Source: the human T2T-CHM13v2.0 reference genome, Homo sapiens
DNA: 64,000 nucleotides
Direction: 5' to 3' (one strand)
Assembly (NCBI RefSeq): GCF_009914755.1
Contig: NC_060930.1
Shown here one piece after another: positions 43,315-57,924 of the stretch (positions are counted from its first letter, which is position 1; each line of letters begins with the position of its first letter). The position numbers and the translations under genes were made by a program. The notes under the pieces were generated by a model. It did no database searches, was not told where the DNA came from, and saw only the letters and a program-made list of their open reading frames with translations.

Positions 43315-46300
43315 TTAAGTTGATCCATCTTAAGAATAATCATGACTCAGCTACACTATTCTTCCACTTTCTCATCTCTATTCAGATCAGTTTCAATTAA
43401 AGGACAAATTTTAGAGACATGTATTGTGTCTCAGCTTACAGAGTGATTTTTAATGGACAAATGCATGTGATTGACTGCATATTGTTTTTATTGCATGTAA
43501 ACATAGCATGTCTAAACAATGTAAACATAAGACAGACAAATTATAAGGCTAAGGTAACTCCTGTTAAGGAGATATGTATTAAATTCATCAATATCTCTCA
43601 GCAACTCACAAAAAGGCTATGATTCCTGGGTGTTCTGTTGCTTGAGTATGTTTAGGAACATCTGCCCCAATAATCCCTATGTCTATTCTGCCAATTTTTT
43701 CATTCTCTTCCAGACCTTAACATCCACCCACAACCCCTCATCATTCTCTTCTTGCTCCCCAGAGCACCTTTCTGAGATGAAGGCCTCCAACGTGCATCTT
43801 TTCCTCAGTTACAACCCTTCTTTCTGCCTCAGAAGCACTCATCCCCACGTCTGCCCTCTCACCCTCTGCCACCTCCTTGAAACCATGCGTGATTCCCTTT
43901 AGCCTTGGTATCTTTCATCTCATTTTCTTCTTGGCATCTTTCATCTCCTCTTCTCTGTGGTACCCTACTGCTGTAAAAGAGATTTGTCCATCTAAGATGC
44001 CTAGAAGTTAAACATCCCAAGAACTCTTTATCCAGCACAAATGTGTACAACAATGTTTTGAGAAAAGTGACTCGAGGAATAATGCTCCTTGTCTTTGTTT
44101 AGCAACCTCTCCCACAACATCAAGCAGCAGCACACTTCAAAATGTGAGGACCAAGGGTGACCTGTCTGCCCCAATTCTTTTAGGCTATGCTGCTGTGAAA
44201 GGGTGCACAGGCTAAGTCTTCTCAGGCCTCAGGATACTCTTGAGAGCTACATCCTCAGTGCTCACATTGCCATGGTCACCTCATTGTGCAGATGAGGACA
44301 GCTGGGTCCTTTACCAAAACCAAAGAAAATACTTGTTTCTTTCGATGGCTGAGTCTCAGTGTTTTGTCGTAGAGCATCATTCCCAATCCTTATGGTAACT
44401 GCTACAGCCACGATTGCATCTCTCACAGTCAGATGCGATGACCAAGCAGTCAGAACCTGTCACTTCTACTTCCTCACCTCTCCTTGCCTCCTAAGCCTTT
44501 GTATTTTGCTTCTATGACAATAAAGCAATGAAACTTGATCTCTGCAAAATCATCTTCTAATCATTCTTTGAAGAACGTCTCCACTCTTGGTTTCCCCCAC
44601 ATTTCACTCTTCTGGTCATTTACTTCCATCTTGGTCTCCTCTGAGACCCCTTTTTCCTTCCCCCAAGAAAATATCCCCCAAGGAGTTGTCTTCAAATCAG
44701 CTTTAGCAAAATGACACATATTGGCCCAAGTGACTGGGAAGGGGAAGGGGCTACAGGACCTAAGGCCCAGGAACTAGAACTGAACTCTCCACCTACCAGG
44801 ACTCTCACTGTCTACATCCATCTCTCATCTCTGCTTGCCTCTGCCTCTGAGTATTAGCCTCATCCCCTCCTACTGCAAAGAAACTTTGCTTATATGGTGG
44901 GGAATGTGCCCAGGTGCAGCGCAGCCATGAACTCCCAATGAAAAGAGAGCACTTTCTTCTCCCTTGTTGGCTGAGGCTCTAGGTAGTTCCAGTGTCTTGA
45001 TGCTGTCACAGAAACCGGTGGCCTTAGTACAGAGTTCCTCCAACAAAAATGGTTACTGTATGCTGACATATCTCTGAGAAAATCCTAGGAAAGTTGAATA
45101 GGTGACAAAACCTTGCAAGGTGCCCACTAGACACTGGAAACAGCAATAACTCCTGATGGATGGGAGGGCTCAGCTCTTGCTAAATAATTTATCCTTCACA
45201 CTCCCATGAGAATCTTATCCGAGGCTTTCCAGAACAGTAGTTTTCCAAACTGGCATTGCCTGTACACCTGGAAACTTGCAGAAAAACCAGAGGAATAAGT
45301 GAGAGAATAAATAATAAAAGAATCGTAACTTATGAAGACTTCCTTGTAGATACCAGTGATTATTTGGGGGGGTTTCTTGCCCAAGAGAAGCCACAGGTAA
45401 AGTTGTGAAGTTGAGAAAGATGTTATTTGGTGTCCTACCCTCTTCTTTCTGTCTCTCTTTTCCTCATCCTCTAGACACCCAGTGACTCCATGGTACCTTT
45501 CATCATCAAAATCAAGGACTATACATCCGAGGTCTCTCTAATTTTTTTCCCAAAAGAAAATTCCCTTTTATGGTGAAATAATCTCAGTTGGCAGTAAGGA
45601 AAAAGAACCTCATAAAACTAATTCACATTAACGTGTGCATGCCTAATATACCATCTTTCCCTGGTTTGTGTTTCTGAATCCCAGGTTATATAGACTGAAT
45701 CACCAACTATCTCAAGGACTCCACAATTTCTATTTCTGGACTTTACCTTCAGCTTCTTCCTGTGAAACTGGATCAATATATCCAATTACCCATAGGCATC
45801 ATATTTAACATCTAAACTCATTGTCTTCTCTACCTGAAAAATGCTTGTCTTTAAATAGTGTCATTTTGGTTTCCAGCAGAGGCATCCACCCATTGGCCCC
45901 ATCAGACCCTGGAAAGTTTTCCCAAACTCCTCTGTTTCCTTAGCCTCTCACCACCCCCAACCCCAATCAGAGATGAACAGTTACCAAATCCTACTGATTC
46001 AATATTTCCCTATCCTCCAGACCCACTGACGTTTCAGGACTTCATTATTTCTTGCTTGAGTTTTAACAATAACATTCAACCATCATAGCATCTCCACACA
46101 ACACCAACCTGATCAAATCTGATCCGATCTCACCCTGTTACCAGAGGGAGCTCCCTAAAACCCAAAATCGATCATTTCACTCCCTTGCCTAAAACCTTGA
46201 AATAGCTCTCCATTATTTGGAGAAGAAAATTCAAATTTCTTAAAGGCCTTAAATCCCTTCATATTTTGGTCCCCGTTTATCTCTTTGGTCACACGTTCTT

Positions 46301-46480
46301 CTGCCCCCCTGCCCCAGAAACTGTACTTCATGTTTCTGCTTTGCCAACGGTTCATATTTTCTGAGCATGGGATGCCATTCTGTGCCACCGTGCCCATGCA
46401 CACACTGTGCTTTCCAGCCAAAAACCCTTCTGCTTCCCAGTCTTCCCAGTAAACTTCTATTCGTCCTTTATTTAATGTAA

Positions 46481-46891
<411 letters not shown>

Positions 46892-48837
46892 TGACTCTGT
46901 ACTTCATATCTATTTATATTGTTATATTTGTCACACCGTATTGGAATTGTTTTTGTAGACATGTTAAAAAAAAAAAGAAATTTCTATTTAAAACCACAAC
47001 CAACTTAATTGCTTTTGCCCTCAGGGAGTGGCGTTATTTTTCCCCTGAGTAGAAATGTTTGCAAAATACTTGGAAAGGCAGTATTTGGTGCAAGGGATAA
47101 GGTCTCCAGGACCTGCATTAGCAGACAACAGAGAAACAAAAAGCTAAACCATACTGCAAATGGAAGGTGGTAAGCAGGAAGGGGGACAAGGTGAGAGCTG
47201 AGGAAAGATGGAGTCAGGGGCAGAACTACCAGGAAACAGGCAAGGAGCCCATGGAGAAGTGTTAGCCTCTGACGATTCCTCAATGCCAATGGTGGCCAAA
47301 GAATGTTTAAGAACAGGAATACCTACTATTAAGTGTGGAGTTAATTGCACCATAGTGCTGCTGAGTAGATCCCGCTGTCACTCTACATCCCTGGTGACAT
47401 CTAGCGCACACGCAAATGCCGGGTGTGCTTTTCCCACAAGGCAAAGCGTCTAGGTCAGCTCAGAGCAGCGCCGTTTGCAGGAGGTGGGCCGCGAGTGCAG
47501 AAGATCAACACTGCAGCACCTTAGGAAGCCAGCGCCCTAAAGGAAGGCTAAGATTCCCTAAGGAATCCCCACAGGTATGGAGGGAAGGCCCACTGGGTGG
47601 TTTGAACCAATTATTGACTAAATTTCAATAGACATGATGACCCCAGCTGACAGGGGTTGAATTTGCTAACTTTTTTTCTGTCTCCCTTCTCAACCATGAG
47701 CATCATAACAGAAAGAATGGTGCCATATTGATCTTTCACTCCCCAGTGGGGAACATGGTGCTGCATGTTTAAAAAGAAGGTTTTCAGAGGATATCTAGAA
47801 AATGGAATCTACCTTACCGGGTTAATGTGTCAACCTTCTAGAAGTGCATATTTTTCAAAAAGCCCTCAAAAGTGATGTCTTAAAGAGAGTATTTCAGCAG
47901 CGCACAAAAATGTATTTTGGAGGCAGAGTCTCCTCCCAGTGCCTCATAAATTACATCACGTAGAAAAATGGTCTGTTTTGCTAAGCTTGAGTTGCAGCCA
48001 TAGCTGACATTCCTGGAGCCATACAGGGATAGGAACAAAGAGCGGAGGCACTGGAAGTGGAGGAGGCAAGTTTTCCTAAAGACATGAAACAGCACACCCA
48101 CAAAGACAAATGGTCACCCGCTCAACCCTACTGCCCTTTCATGTATCAAATTCAAGAAGTTTGGTGAAGACAACGGATTTCAAATAATCTTTATATTAAA
48201 TATGATCGTCATGCAATGTTAACTTTTATGCATTTAACCTTGAACCACTACTAGTAAAATGAGGGTCATTTTGGAGGCTAGAAATGTAGGTCAGACATCT
48301 CAGTTTAAGTTTGTGGAAGGAGCACTCCACCAACACTGACTTCCTCCCCTTGGGGTTACTGTAAGAAGTTGTCTGTTTGGGTCAGATGGTGAGAAGCCAA
48401 CTTTGGGCCCCATAGTGCTCTTCATTGTCTCCCACACAGGGCATGCAGCAGTCAAACCGAAACAGCATCCTTGCTGCTTGCTTTCAGAATCCACCACATG
48501 GGTGAGTCAGAGACATTTCCCACCCTGCATCTTCTGCTGTCATCAAACACATTGTTTAGCTGGGCTGGCCACTGGAGAAAGCAAATTTTCTGTAATAGAC
48601 TAATTGAATTGAATTGGGGCCTAGACACAATGAACCTGAATTATGGCTTTGCAGAAGGAGACATTGACATAGAGATCACAAATGGGTAGATCATACCTAA
48701 TAATTGCTAGAGTGAATGCTCTTCCAGCCTGGAAACAGAATGCTTAGGCTAATCAAATATCCAACTTGATGAAGAGTTACCCATGCAAGAAAGATTTTTC
48801 AAAGAAGAAGAAAGCACTCAGATACACGTAAGCATAC

Positions 48838-49305
48838 TATTAGTTTTCTATTGCTACTTTAACAAATTACCACAAAGTTTTTGGCTTAAAACAGCACACA
48901 TTTCTCTTACAGTTCACTGGGCCAAAATCAAAGTGTCAGCCAGACTTTTCACCTCTGGAGGCTCTAGGAGAGAATTATGGTTTGCCTTTTCCAGCTTCCA
49001 AAGCTGCAGTCTTTGCATTCCTTGGTTTGTAGTCCCTTCCTCCATCTTCGAAGCCACCTCTGTAGCACCCTGTTTCCATCCTCACATTGCCTTATGTCTC
49101 TGTAGTCAAATCTCCCCTGCCTCCCTCTCATGCAGAGTCCAGTGATTACATTCAGGGCCCACCCGCATAATTCAGAATAATCTCCCCATCTCAAAATCCT
49201 TGATTAATTACATCTGCAAAGTCTCTCTGGCCGTATAAGGGAATATTCCCAGGTTCCAAAGACTAGGACATAAATATCTTTGGTGAATGTTATTCAGCCT
49301 AGCAC
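48838..49305 (-). mobile_element. MLT1/MST-type MaLR LTR
   Basis: TATTAGTTTTCTATTGCT..AACAAATTACCACAAA..GGCTTAAAACA...ACATCTGCAAAGTC..TTCAGCCTAGCACA. Confidence 0.75.
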
Positions 49306-49320
49306 ATCATGCAGGAAAGA

Positions 49321-49625
<305 letters not shown>

Positions 49626-50391
49626 AAAAAATTTTCAAATAAGAAAATCAGATACACATGGGGCTGTAACACAACAGAACATTCCCTTGATTATGTAGAG
49701 AACAGTATCTAAGGTTGTCATTATGAATATCAATTCATCACCACATTCTAACATAAATTTATCACCATATTCTATTCTAACACAGCAATGCTTGTTAATA
49801 CAGAGTGCTGATAAATAACTGAAACCAGAGGCTCAGCTCTATTTTACTTCAGAATAAATTATGAAATGTGGGCTTGTTTTTCATTCAGTATCTTGGGGCA
49901 AATAGCAGAATCTGAAAATCTGCATTTCCAGGAGGCAAGCATTTTCCTGCCTTGCATAAAATATGTCTTGAAGCTCCTTATTTTTTTCTGAAAAATGCAT
50001 GTATGTGGGCCCTTTAATTATGCAGATGTAAACAGACACTTGAAAAGCCATGGTTCCCGGGGACTAAATTGCTCTTTGTAAAAGGTGATGTAAAAGGTCA
50101 TATATACTGTAGGCAGAGTTGCATTTCTTCAGACTATGCCCTTTGTAGAAAAGTGTCTTTCTAACTAATGATATATACTGAGTTGTTGTGTACTGTTGCT
50201 GATTATTATATAGAGGTGTGTATTTTCATGCTTTTCATTTTAGTTGTTGAGATAGCCAAAATTGCAGCAAAGATATAAAGGCACAACTTTGAACTCTTGC
50301 TGGATGATAAAACAAAAAATAGAATTGGGTTAGATATAATCCAGCTTCCTTAGAAACAAATATCAAGCTAAGTGAACATTTAGAAAATGTA

Positions 50392-50702
50392 GGCCAGGTG
50401 TGGTGGCTCATGCCTGTAATCCCAACACTTTAGGAGGCCAAGCTAGGAAGAAGGTACAAGGCCAGGAGTTCAAGACCAGCCTAGGCCAAATAGTGAGATT
50501 TTGTCTCTACAAAAACAAATAATCAACCCATTGTGGTGGTGCACACCTGTAGTCCTATCTGTCCTATCTACTCAGGCTGAAGCAGGAAGATTGCTAGAGC
50601 CAAGGAGCTCAAGGCTGCTGTGAGCTGTGATTGGGCCACTGCATTCCAGCCTGGGCAATAGGGCAAGACTTTGTCTCTAAAACAAAAAGAAAGAAAAGAA
50701 AA
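50392..50702 (+). mobile_element. AluJ-type
   Basis: Diverged dimer with an A-rich tail. Confidence 0.9.
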
Positions 50703-53529
50703 TGTAATAATATTGGGCTATGGCAGTCTAAAATAATTGTTCTTGGAACCTGATGTGATTACTAGTGCCATGTAATAAATCATCCCAAAATTATATTATG
50801 TAAAACCAAAGCCATTTTATTTTGATAACAAAAATTCAGGAAGAGTTCAGCTGGGCAATTCTCTTCAGATCTCGTGAGCAGGCAAGCATCATAGGCATGT
50901 AGGTTGTGTAGCAGTAGCACAGGGCCCTGCACTTAAAAGGGCCCCACAGTTGCTTTAATGTTCTGTTTGACAGTCTTAATTTTTGTAACAATAGGCCCCA
51001 CACTTTAAGTTTTGCACTGGAATCCACAGATGATATAGCTCGACCTACTCATGATGTTGCATTCAGATATTGGCTGGAGTTTCATCGACTGAAGTCTCAG
51101 CTAGGCTGGATGTCCTTACTCTTCACATAGCTGGCAGTGGATACTGGCTATTGGCTGGGAGCTCCTGTGAGACTGCCAACCAGAGCACCTACAAGTGACC
51201 TTTCCTGGAGGGAAAATGTAGTTGGACTTCTTGCATCGCAGTTGGCTCCCCAAGAGTGAACATTTGAAGGGAATAAGATGGAAGCTGCATAGACTTTTAT
51301 GACCTAGGCTTGGAAATCATGGAGCCTGACAGAGTTTACCAGGCCTCTATCTGCAGGTGGCTGAGTGGGGCAGGAATTGATGTCTAAAAACAGACAGTTG
51401 GTCAAAGTGGTGAACAATTTCAGGAAAAGTTTAGAGGAAATGAGGATGTTGCTTAAAGCTTCCCAGAAAACCCTGGGGACAAGGGCTTGGTAAAGGACTG
51501 GACTTCCCATAGGCAAGCAAGATGAGGGCCATTATAATTTGAGATATTGATGGAAGCTGGCCAACCCAAGGATCTATTGGTTAGCTTTCTAATGAGCTTT
51601 CCACAAAGCTTAAAATGTCGTAATTGTATGACTAAGCAAATATTGTAGCTTGCTCTCCCTGACCATTCACAGAAAAAAGTGATCCTCAGAAAAGATGCCA
51701 TGGTTTAGAGCCTCTCACAAAGGGAAGTGATTTGTGGCAGATCTCCCACAAAAGGCAATGGAGCTTGGTGATGAAATGCAGAAGTCTACCACCATATCAC
51801 TATTATAACCTTAGGAAAGATACTATCTCAATCTGTGCCACAATTTTCTCATATGTACAATGGGCCTATTTAATATTTCCTACCTCACAGAGTTATGATG
51901 ATGATTAATTAAGTGCATGCATGTGAAGTTAGAAGTGTGTTTTCTGTTGTAACCAGTGAGCAAGTGTTAGCTTTTATCACAAAGCATTCTAGTACTAATG
52001 AGAATCATGGAGAATCCCTTGGTACTCATCTACTGTACAGTAGAAGTAATTATATCATTGCTTCACCCAGCAAAACTCATTTCCATATGGCAAGAACCAC
52101 AATTCATTCCAATTCTTAAACCGAAATCATAGTTCTTAATAGATCTCACAAAGCTCAGCAACACAGATCCGAACAGAAAGATCTGTTTTCTTTTATATTT
52201 AATTCTATTTTTTCTGTACTTTCAAATACAGTAGCCAGAAGTTTGGCATCCCATATGTAGACACACTCAATATCAAAAGGCAGAAGCAAACCTTGCTTTC
52301 TTAATGGATCCCACTTGGGGTTTGAGGTGACCGCAGAAGACAAACAGGCTTTTGACAAGTGGTCTGTGGGAAGTCTGAGTGTTTTTTCCCTTAGAGGTTG
52401 AGAAGCCCAGGAATGTGAGATCAGCAGATGCCTGGGACCCTGGGGAACTCTTGCCTGATGGATTAGTATCTTCAGAATACTAAGCACTTTTCCATGAGCA
52501 TGGTGTCCCTTACAAGGGGGACAGTCGCACTTAGATCCCACTCCAACGTTCAGCCTGCACGCCCCATCCAAGCAGTGCCTCCCAGAGCTGATTTCTGTCA
52601 AAGCCATGAGAATGTGGTTGTGGGAAATGGTTACAGGGCTTCTGGTGTTGTCACCACTATAAACAAAGTCTGGTCCTCACCTCAGGCCATACAAAGGGCT
52701 GCGGTGTGTCACCTATAGATAGCACGTAACAAAACCACAGAGGTAAGCCAGTGGAATCAGAAGGCTCCGAATATGTTCACAGCCACAACCCCAGAACAAC
52801 TCATAAACTCATTTTTGTCTAATGCATTGATTTCTTTGGCTTTCAAAACAAGAATTTAAAGGTGGAAACATTCATTCACAGGCTCTGCATAACCACTAAG
52901 ACTAAAACAGCTCGTTGGAACTGGGAACTGCCCTAAATGCTTTACATGTATTATTTCTTTTAATCCACTTTACAATCCTATGAGACAGACATTATCACCC
53001 CGCTTTATAGTTGAGGAAACTAAGACTCAGAGAAATTAACTAATTTGCCCCAAGGTAGGCCATAGATATGAAAACACACACACGCGTACAGAATTTTGAT
53101 ATTCAAGGCAACTATCCATATGCAAAGACATAAACTCTTCTGTTTGTATCACATAGTTTATAATTTTAAAAAGTAATTAAAACAGTTACAAGCATTATTT
53201 AACTTTTTAAAGTTAATAATTATTCTTTTATTTTTGGAGCTAAAGGTCCAAAAATAAAAGAATAACTAAATAAATTCTGGTTCATCAACTTGAAAGAATT
53301 ACACAGCTACTAAAAATCATTGTGAATACTTTATGGAAACATTGGAAATACATAGAGTATAATGTGAAGTTAAAAATTACCAAATACAAATTGCATGTAT
53401 CTTACAGTTACAGCCTTATAAAATATATATCTGTGAGGCAAATGAGCAGAAGAGAAAGAAAAACATTAATGTGATCTATTATTGTGGTAGAATAATAGAT
53501 GGATTTTATCTTTCTTAATAATACACTAA

Positions 53530-53770
53530 ACAATACACCTACCATGTCAGTAACTATTCCAAGTACCTTATAGATTATTATTCTATTCTCTCAATGACTT
53601 TATGAAGTAGGCGCTATTATCATCTCTATTTTACATATGAGGAAAAAGAGACACAGAGGGGCTAGGTAACAAGACCCAAATCATTAGCAACTAGTACAGC
53701 TAGTAAGGTCCAGAACTGATATTTTAACCCGGCATCTGGCTCCAGCGTCCACACACTAAGTCATTATGCC
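53530..53770 (-). mobile_element. MIR
   Basis: Core ATTATCATCTCTATTTTACATATGAGGAAA..GAGACACAGAG. Other MIRs lie near 30850, 51800, 52950, 58100, 61600 and 63700. Confidence 0.75.
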
Positions 53771-56069
53771 TTGCTCTCTGATATTGCCATGACATCTGTA
53801 CCATTTAAGGGAAGAAATCAACATTTTGCCAGCAAGAACATCTTGATGCTCAAATCGTGATCATTTTTTATCTTAGTTTTGAAATATGTTCTTCTTCACT
53901 ACTGAACAAAATTCTCAAAATCAGTACCCACTGAACTGGCAGGGAGCCAGAAATAGGTCACAATTTTTAAAGCACACAGTTATCTAGCTGAACATGTATC
54001 ACTCCTAAAACTAATTGAGCTAAAAATATTTTTCTTCCAATTTATACCAGCGGAGTGGGATACGATAGATATCTGGGTCCAGGGGGAATTTTTTAATGAA
54101 TTGAATCTACAGCTTTCTTAACTTTTCACAGATGGAAAATTGATTTATACACAGGATCTATATACTAATATATACCTGCACTATATATACTATACTATAT
54201 TATTATATGTATAGAAATTAAATAAAGAAAGCAAATTTGAAAACCATGAGGAACAATATAACTGTGTTTTTTTTTCTTTTATGAATGCCTAATCTGCCAG
54301 CAAACTGTGGTATCTAGACATAAAAGTGGGTTCTGAGTTTCTTTGGGCCAAGCAAAATGGGAAACCTAAGTCCTCCTGTGCCTCTTGAAATAATGACTAC
54401 CAGTTACCAAGCCTACTATTACCTGGTTACTGTATTAAGTAATTTACCTTTTTTTAATTTCGATTGCTTTACACAGAGCTCTTTAAAATAGATATTATAT
54501 TGCATTTAACGTATGAAGAAGCTGAATCTCAGAAGGACAAAATTGACTAAATTCATACAAGCAGAAAATGGTAGAACCAGGATTCAAAGCCAAAAGCTGT
54601 CTACATATTAAATGCATATTTTCTACCTCTCCTTTTAGGGAAGGGAGTGGGGGAAGAAAAATCAACTTACTATTTTTCTCACTGTAACTTACAAGTAAAA
54701 TTTATCACACAGAGCTTTATATATATAGGTGACTTTTATCCAAATTTGGGGAGGTAGGGAACGGGAAAGGAAGAGAGAAACAGAGACAGAGAAAGAATAT
54801 GTTGGTTTTTTTCCCCTTAGCCAAGCATTCATCAAAAAGAACTGGATGTTGAAAGAAAAGACTATATGCTTTCAAGTTTCCACGTGGAAAGAAAGGTTTC
54901 TCTCTCCACACATGATGAAGCAACGTTGTATTTGAACACCTAAACTGCTCAACTTCAGCCACTTCTCCTACAGGAAAAACAAAGGCTCTCCCAGAAAGCT
55001 GAGCGCAGAGCAAAAGAACACAGCCTACGCACTCTGCCTCAGCAGTGGCTTCCAGTCACCAAATAAAACAAATTACCCATAAAACAGTCATTTCTTTCCT
55101 TTCAACGTATACTGAGGAATCTGGGAACAACTGGACACAGTTCGCCACCTTGTGAGCAGGAGAAGACGTGCAGTTTCCTGAAGGACAGCCAACCCTCAGT
55201 GCAGAAGCCACAGAGAGAAGCTTTGTGACTCAGGGCCCCAGGCTCCAGAGCACCACATACGATGTCTTTGGAGATGTGCGGTGCGGGGTTATTTCTGCAC
55301 TCTCTCCCAGGGCCAGCCTGAGGCCACATAAATAACTGAAATGGGTCTTTATTGCACACACTACAGCATTGCTGCAAAACCCTTATCAAAGTCATGAACT
55401 TGGAGTCAACGAACCTGTTTCTGCTACTAACTACCAAGTGACCTTGAGCAAGTCGCCTAATTCCTGTGGGCCACATTTGCAAATGAGAAAGATTGACCAG
55501 GTGATCTACAGGGGCTCATCCAGCTCTAAAAATGTGAGTGTGCTGTCGGAGTGAAATTGCTTTCTCTCCGATCTTCTCACTGGCCTTCAGATTTCTGATC
55601 TCTTTTGCACTCTATCACCAAAGTTATCTTGTGAAATATAGCGATACTCCTGTTGTTCCTGTAACGGAGCTTACAAAACCATCCATGAGTGGCCCATTTG
55701 CCCACTGTTCTTTGTCTACTACCAAGTGAATTCATTCATTTATTCATTAAAGAAATATTTGTTATGTGTTCCCCACCGCGTCCCCATGTCCACACTATCC
55801 TGAGCAAATAGAACTACTTTCAGTCCCCCAGCATACCAGGTTTTTTTGTATCTCTTGCCTTTGCTCATGCTGTTACATTTGCTTGGAATGCCTTTCCCAC
55901 ATCTTCCTCCAAATCAATTCATATTCGTCTCAGTGCAAAAGTCATCTTGTTTCTGAAACTTTCCAGGAATTTCCTATATCTTCCTAACATTTCATACCTT
56001 GATTACAGTATTTGGCACACTGCCTTGAAAGTACATGTGTACATGTGTAATGAAATGTGAAATAATGTC

Positions 56070-56376
56070 TTTCTTTTTTTGAGGCAAAGTCTTACTGTCA
56101 CCGAGGCTGGAGTGCAATGATGAGATCATAGCTCACTGCAGCCTCCAACTTCTAGTTCAAGCGATCCTCCCATCTCAGTCTCCCAAGTAGCTAGGACTAC
56201 AGGTGTGTGCCACCATGCCTGGCTAATTGTGTGTGTGTGCGTGTGTGTGTGTGTAAAGAGAGAGAGAGATGGGATCTGTGTTGATTAGACTGCTCTTGAA
56301 CTCCTGGTCTCAAGCAATCCTCCCTCCTTGGCCTCCCAAAGTGTTGGGATTACAGGCATGAGCCACCACACTGGGC
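56070..56376 (-). mobile_element. AluJ-type with (TG)n(AG)n in the central linker
   Basis: Antisense dimer; microsatellite at ~56228-56269. Confidence 0.9.
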
Positions 56377-57434
56377 TGAGATAATATCTTGATACACTCA
56401 GTGGTGCAATTCTTTTCCCCCTGAAATTTCCTTTATGCTTCCCTCACTACTCAGACAGAGGGCTTTTTACATGCACTACCCCTAGGGTACAGCTATTACT
56501 GCCCAAACGAACAGAAAACTTTCTTCACACAGATGTGAGCATCACAATGAACTTGTGAAATTCAGAGCAAAATTGTGAAGCTGATAGCTATGAGAGGAAG
56601 GTATTTTACATGTTAAGAACCTGAACATTTTAAGTACAAAAGTCAATATTTATATCCTAAGCACAAGATTCTGGAGCAAAGAGATAGAGAAAGAGTTCGC
56701 CTCCCCAACCACTCCCATTCCACACCCACCAACAGACTAAACAGGTCAAAATGGGAGCCAGGCTCCTGCTGACTGCCCATCCTCAAGCCAAGTCCTAGGT
56801 GGGAGTGAGAACTTATAGCCCACTTTCTCTCTGGTACCTGGGAGGCAGCAGCATTGCCGACGTGCTCTGAGTTAGTGGCATGCTGGAAGTAAAGGAGAAA
56901 ATGTGGTGTGCAACAGAAGCACCAGAAGACCTCTGAGTTTCCTCAGAGTGGCATGGAGATCAAAATCTGGAAGCTTGCGTGCCCCTAAGATGTTAAAGAG
57001 ATGGACAAAAGACAAACAGTGACCCCTAAAGGGCCCAGAAGTCAGAGGAGGAAACAAAGTGGCCACCATGGCCCTTATGACCAGGGGCTCTTTGGATGGC
57101 CTCTATTAACACATGGCCCTTCCATATGCATTTCTTACTTTTCTTTGTGTCTCCACTGGCTAGCACAGTGGCCAAGAAGTACTTGCTTTGTAAAATAATG
57201 TAGTTGGGATAATGAAGCAGGAAAGTGTCACTAGGGAACCTGAGTTCTGTTTGCACCATTTTCCTTAACTCTCTATGTAACCAACCTCCAAGCATCATTA
57301 ATAACAAAACAACTCTAACACTGGTGCTCTGATGAGGAAATATGAAAAACAAATGATAGGCATATAGAATTCCAAAATGTGTAGGGCTACACAGTCTGTG
57401 AGTACAAGCTGGGAATGCAAACAAACACCTGAAG

Positions 57435-57686
57435 TATTTTTAAATTATTAATACTTTATTATATTAGCACTGAATATATTAATTTTTCTCCTAACATTTT
57501 AGATATCAAATATAAAGTGTAGTACATACACACATACATTGTGAATATTTTCTGTTTCCATCCGTGCAGGTCTTATTAAGAGTCCTGTGAAGTGGAGGGA
57601 ATTGGGGGTCAGACAGGACTTGTTGCAGAGCACTGGGTAAGGAGTGGCATTTCTACAGCTTCTTCAGCTGAGTGGATATGCACCTC
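57435..57686 (-). other. IL17F: IL17F 3'UTR with poly(A) signal
   Basis: Minus-strand AATAAA at 57455-57460 (plus TTTATT); AU-rich distal part. The end is approximate. Confidence 0.8.
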
Positions 57687-57924
57687 TTACTGCACATGGT
57701 GGATGACAGGGGTGACGCAGGTGCAGCCAACAGTCACCAGCACCTTCTCCAACTGGAAAGAAACAGAGCAGCCTTGGTGCTTCCTCCGGACGACCAGGGT
57801 CTCTTGCTGGATGGGAACGGAATTCATGGAGATGTCTTCCTTTCCTTGAGCATTGATGCAGCCCAAGTTCCTACACTGGGCCTGTACAACTTCCGAGGGG
57901 TACCGGTTGGGGTCCCAAGTGACA
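57687..57924 (-). CDS. IL17F: Interleukin-17F coding exon 3 (cystine-knot domain, [17 protein letters not shown]...[13 protein letters not shown])
   Basis: Acceptor CTGCAG|T at 57924; 238 nt to TAA at 57687. With the known 33-nt exon 1 (outside the window), 33+221+238=492 nt = 163 aa plus stop. Confidence 0.99.

Noticed and set aside
52155-55482. ORFs 52155..52607 (150 aa) and 55102..55482 (126 aa)
   Set aside because: No recognisable homology or exon structure; lengths are compatible with chance, and the second begins in a MIR.
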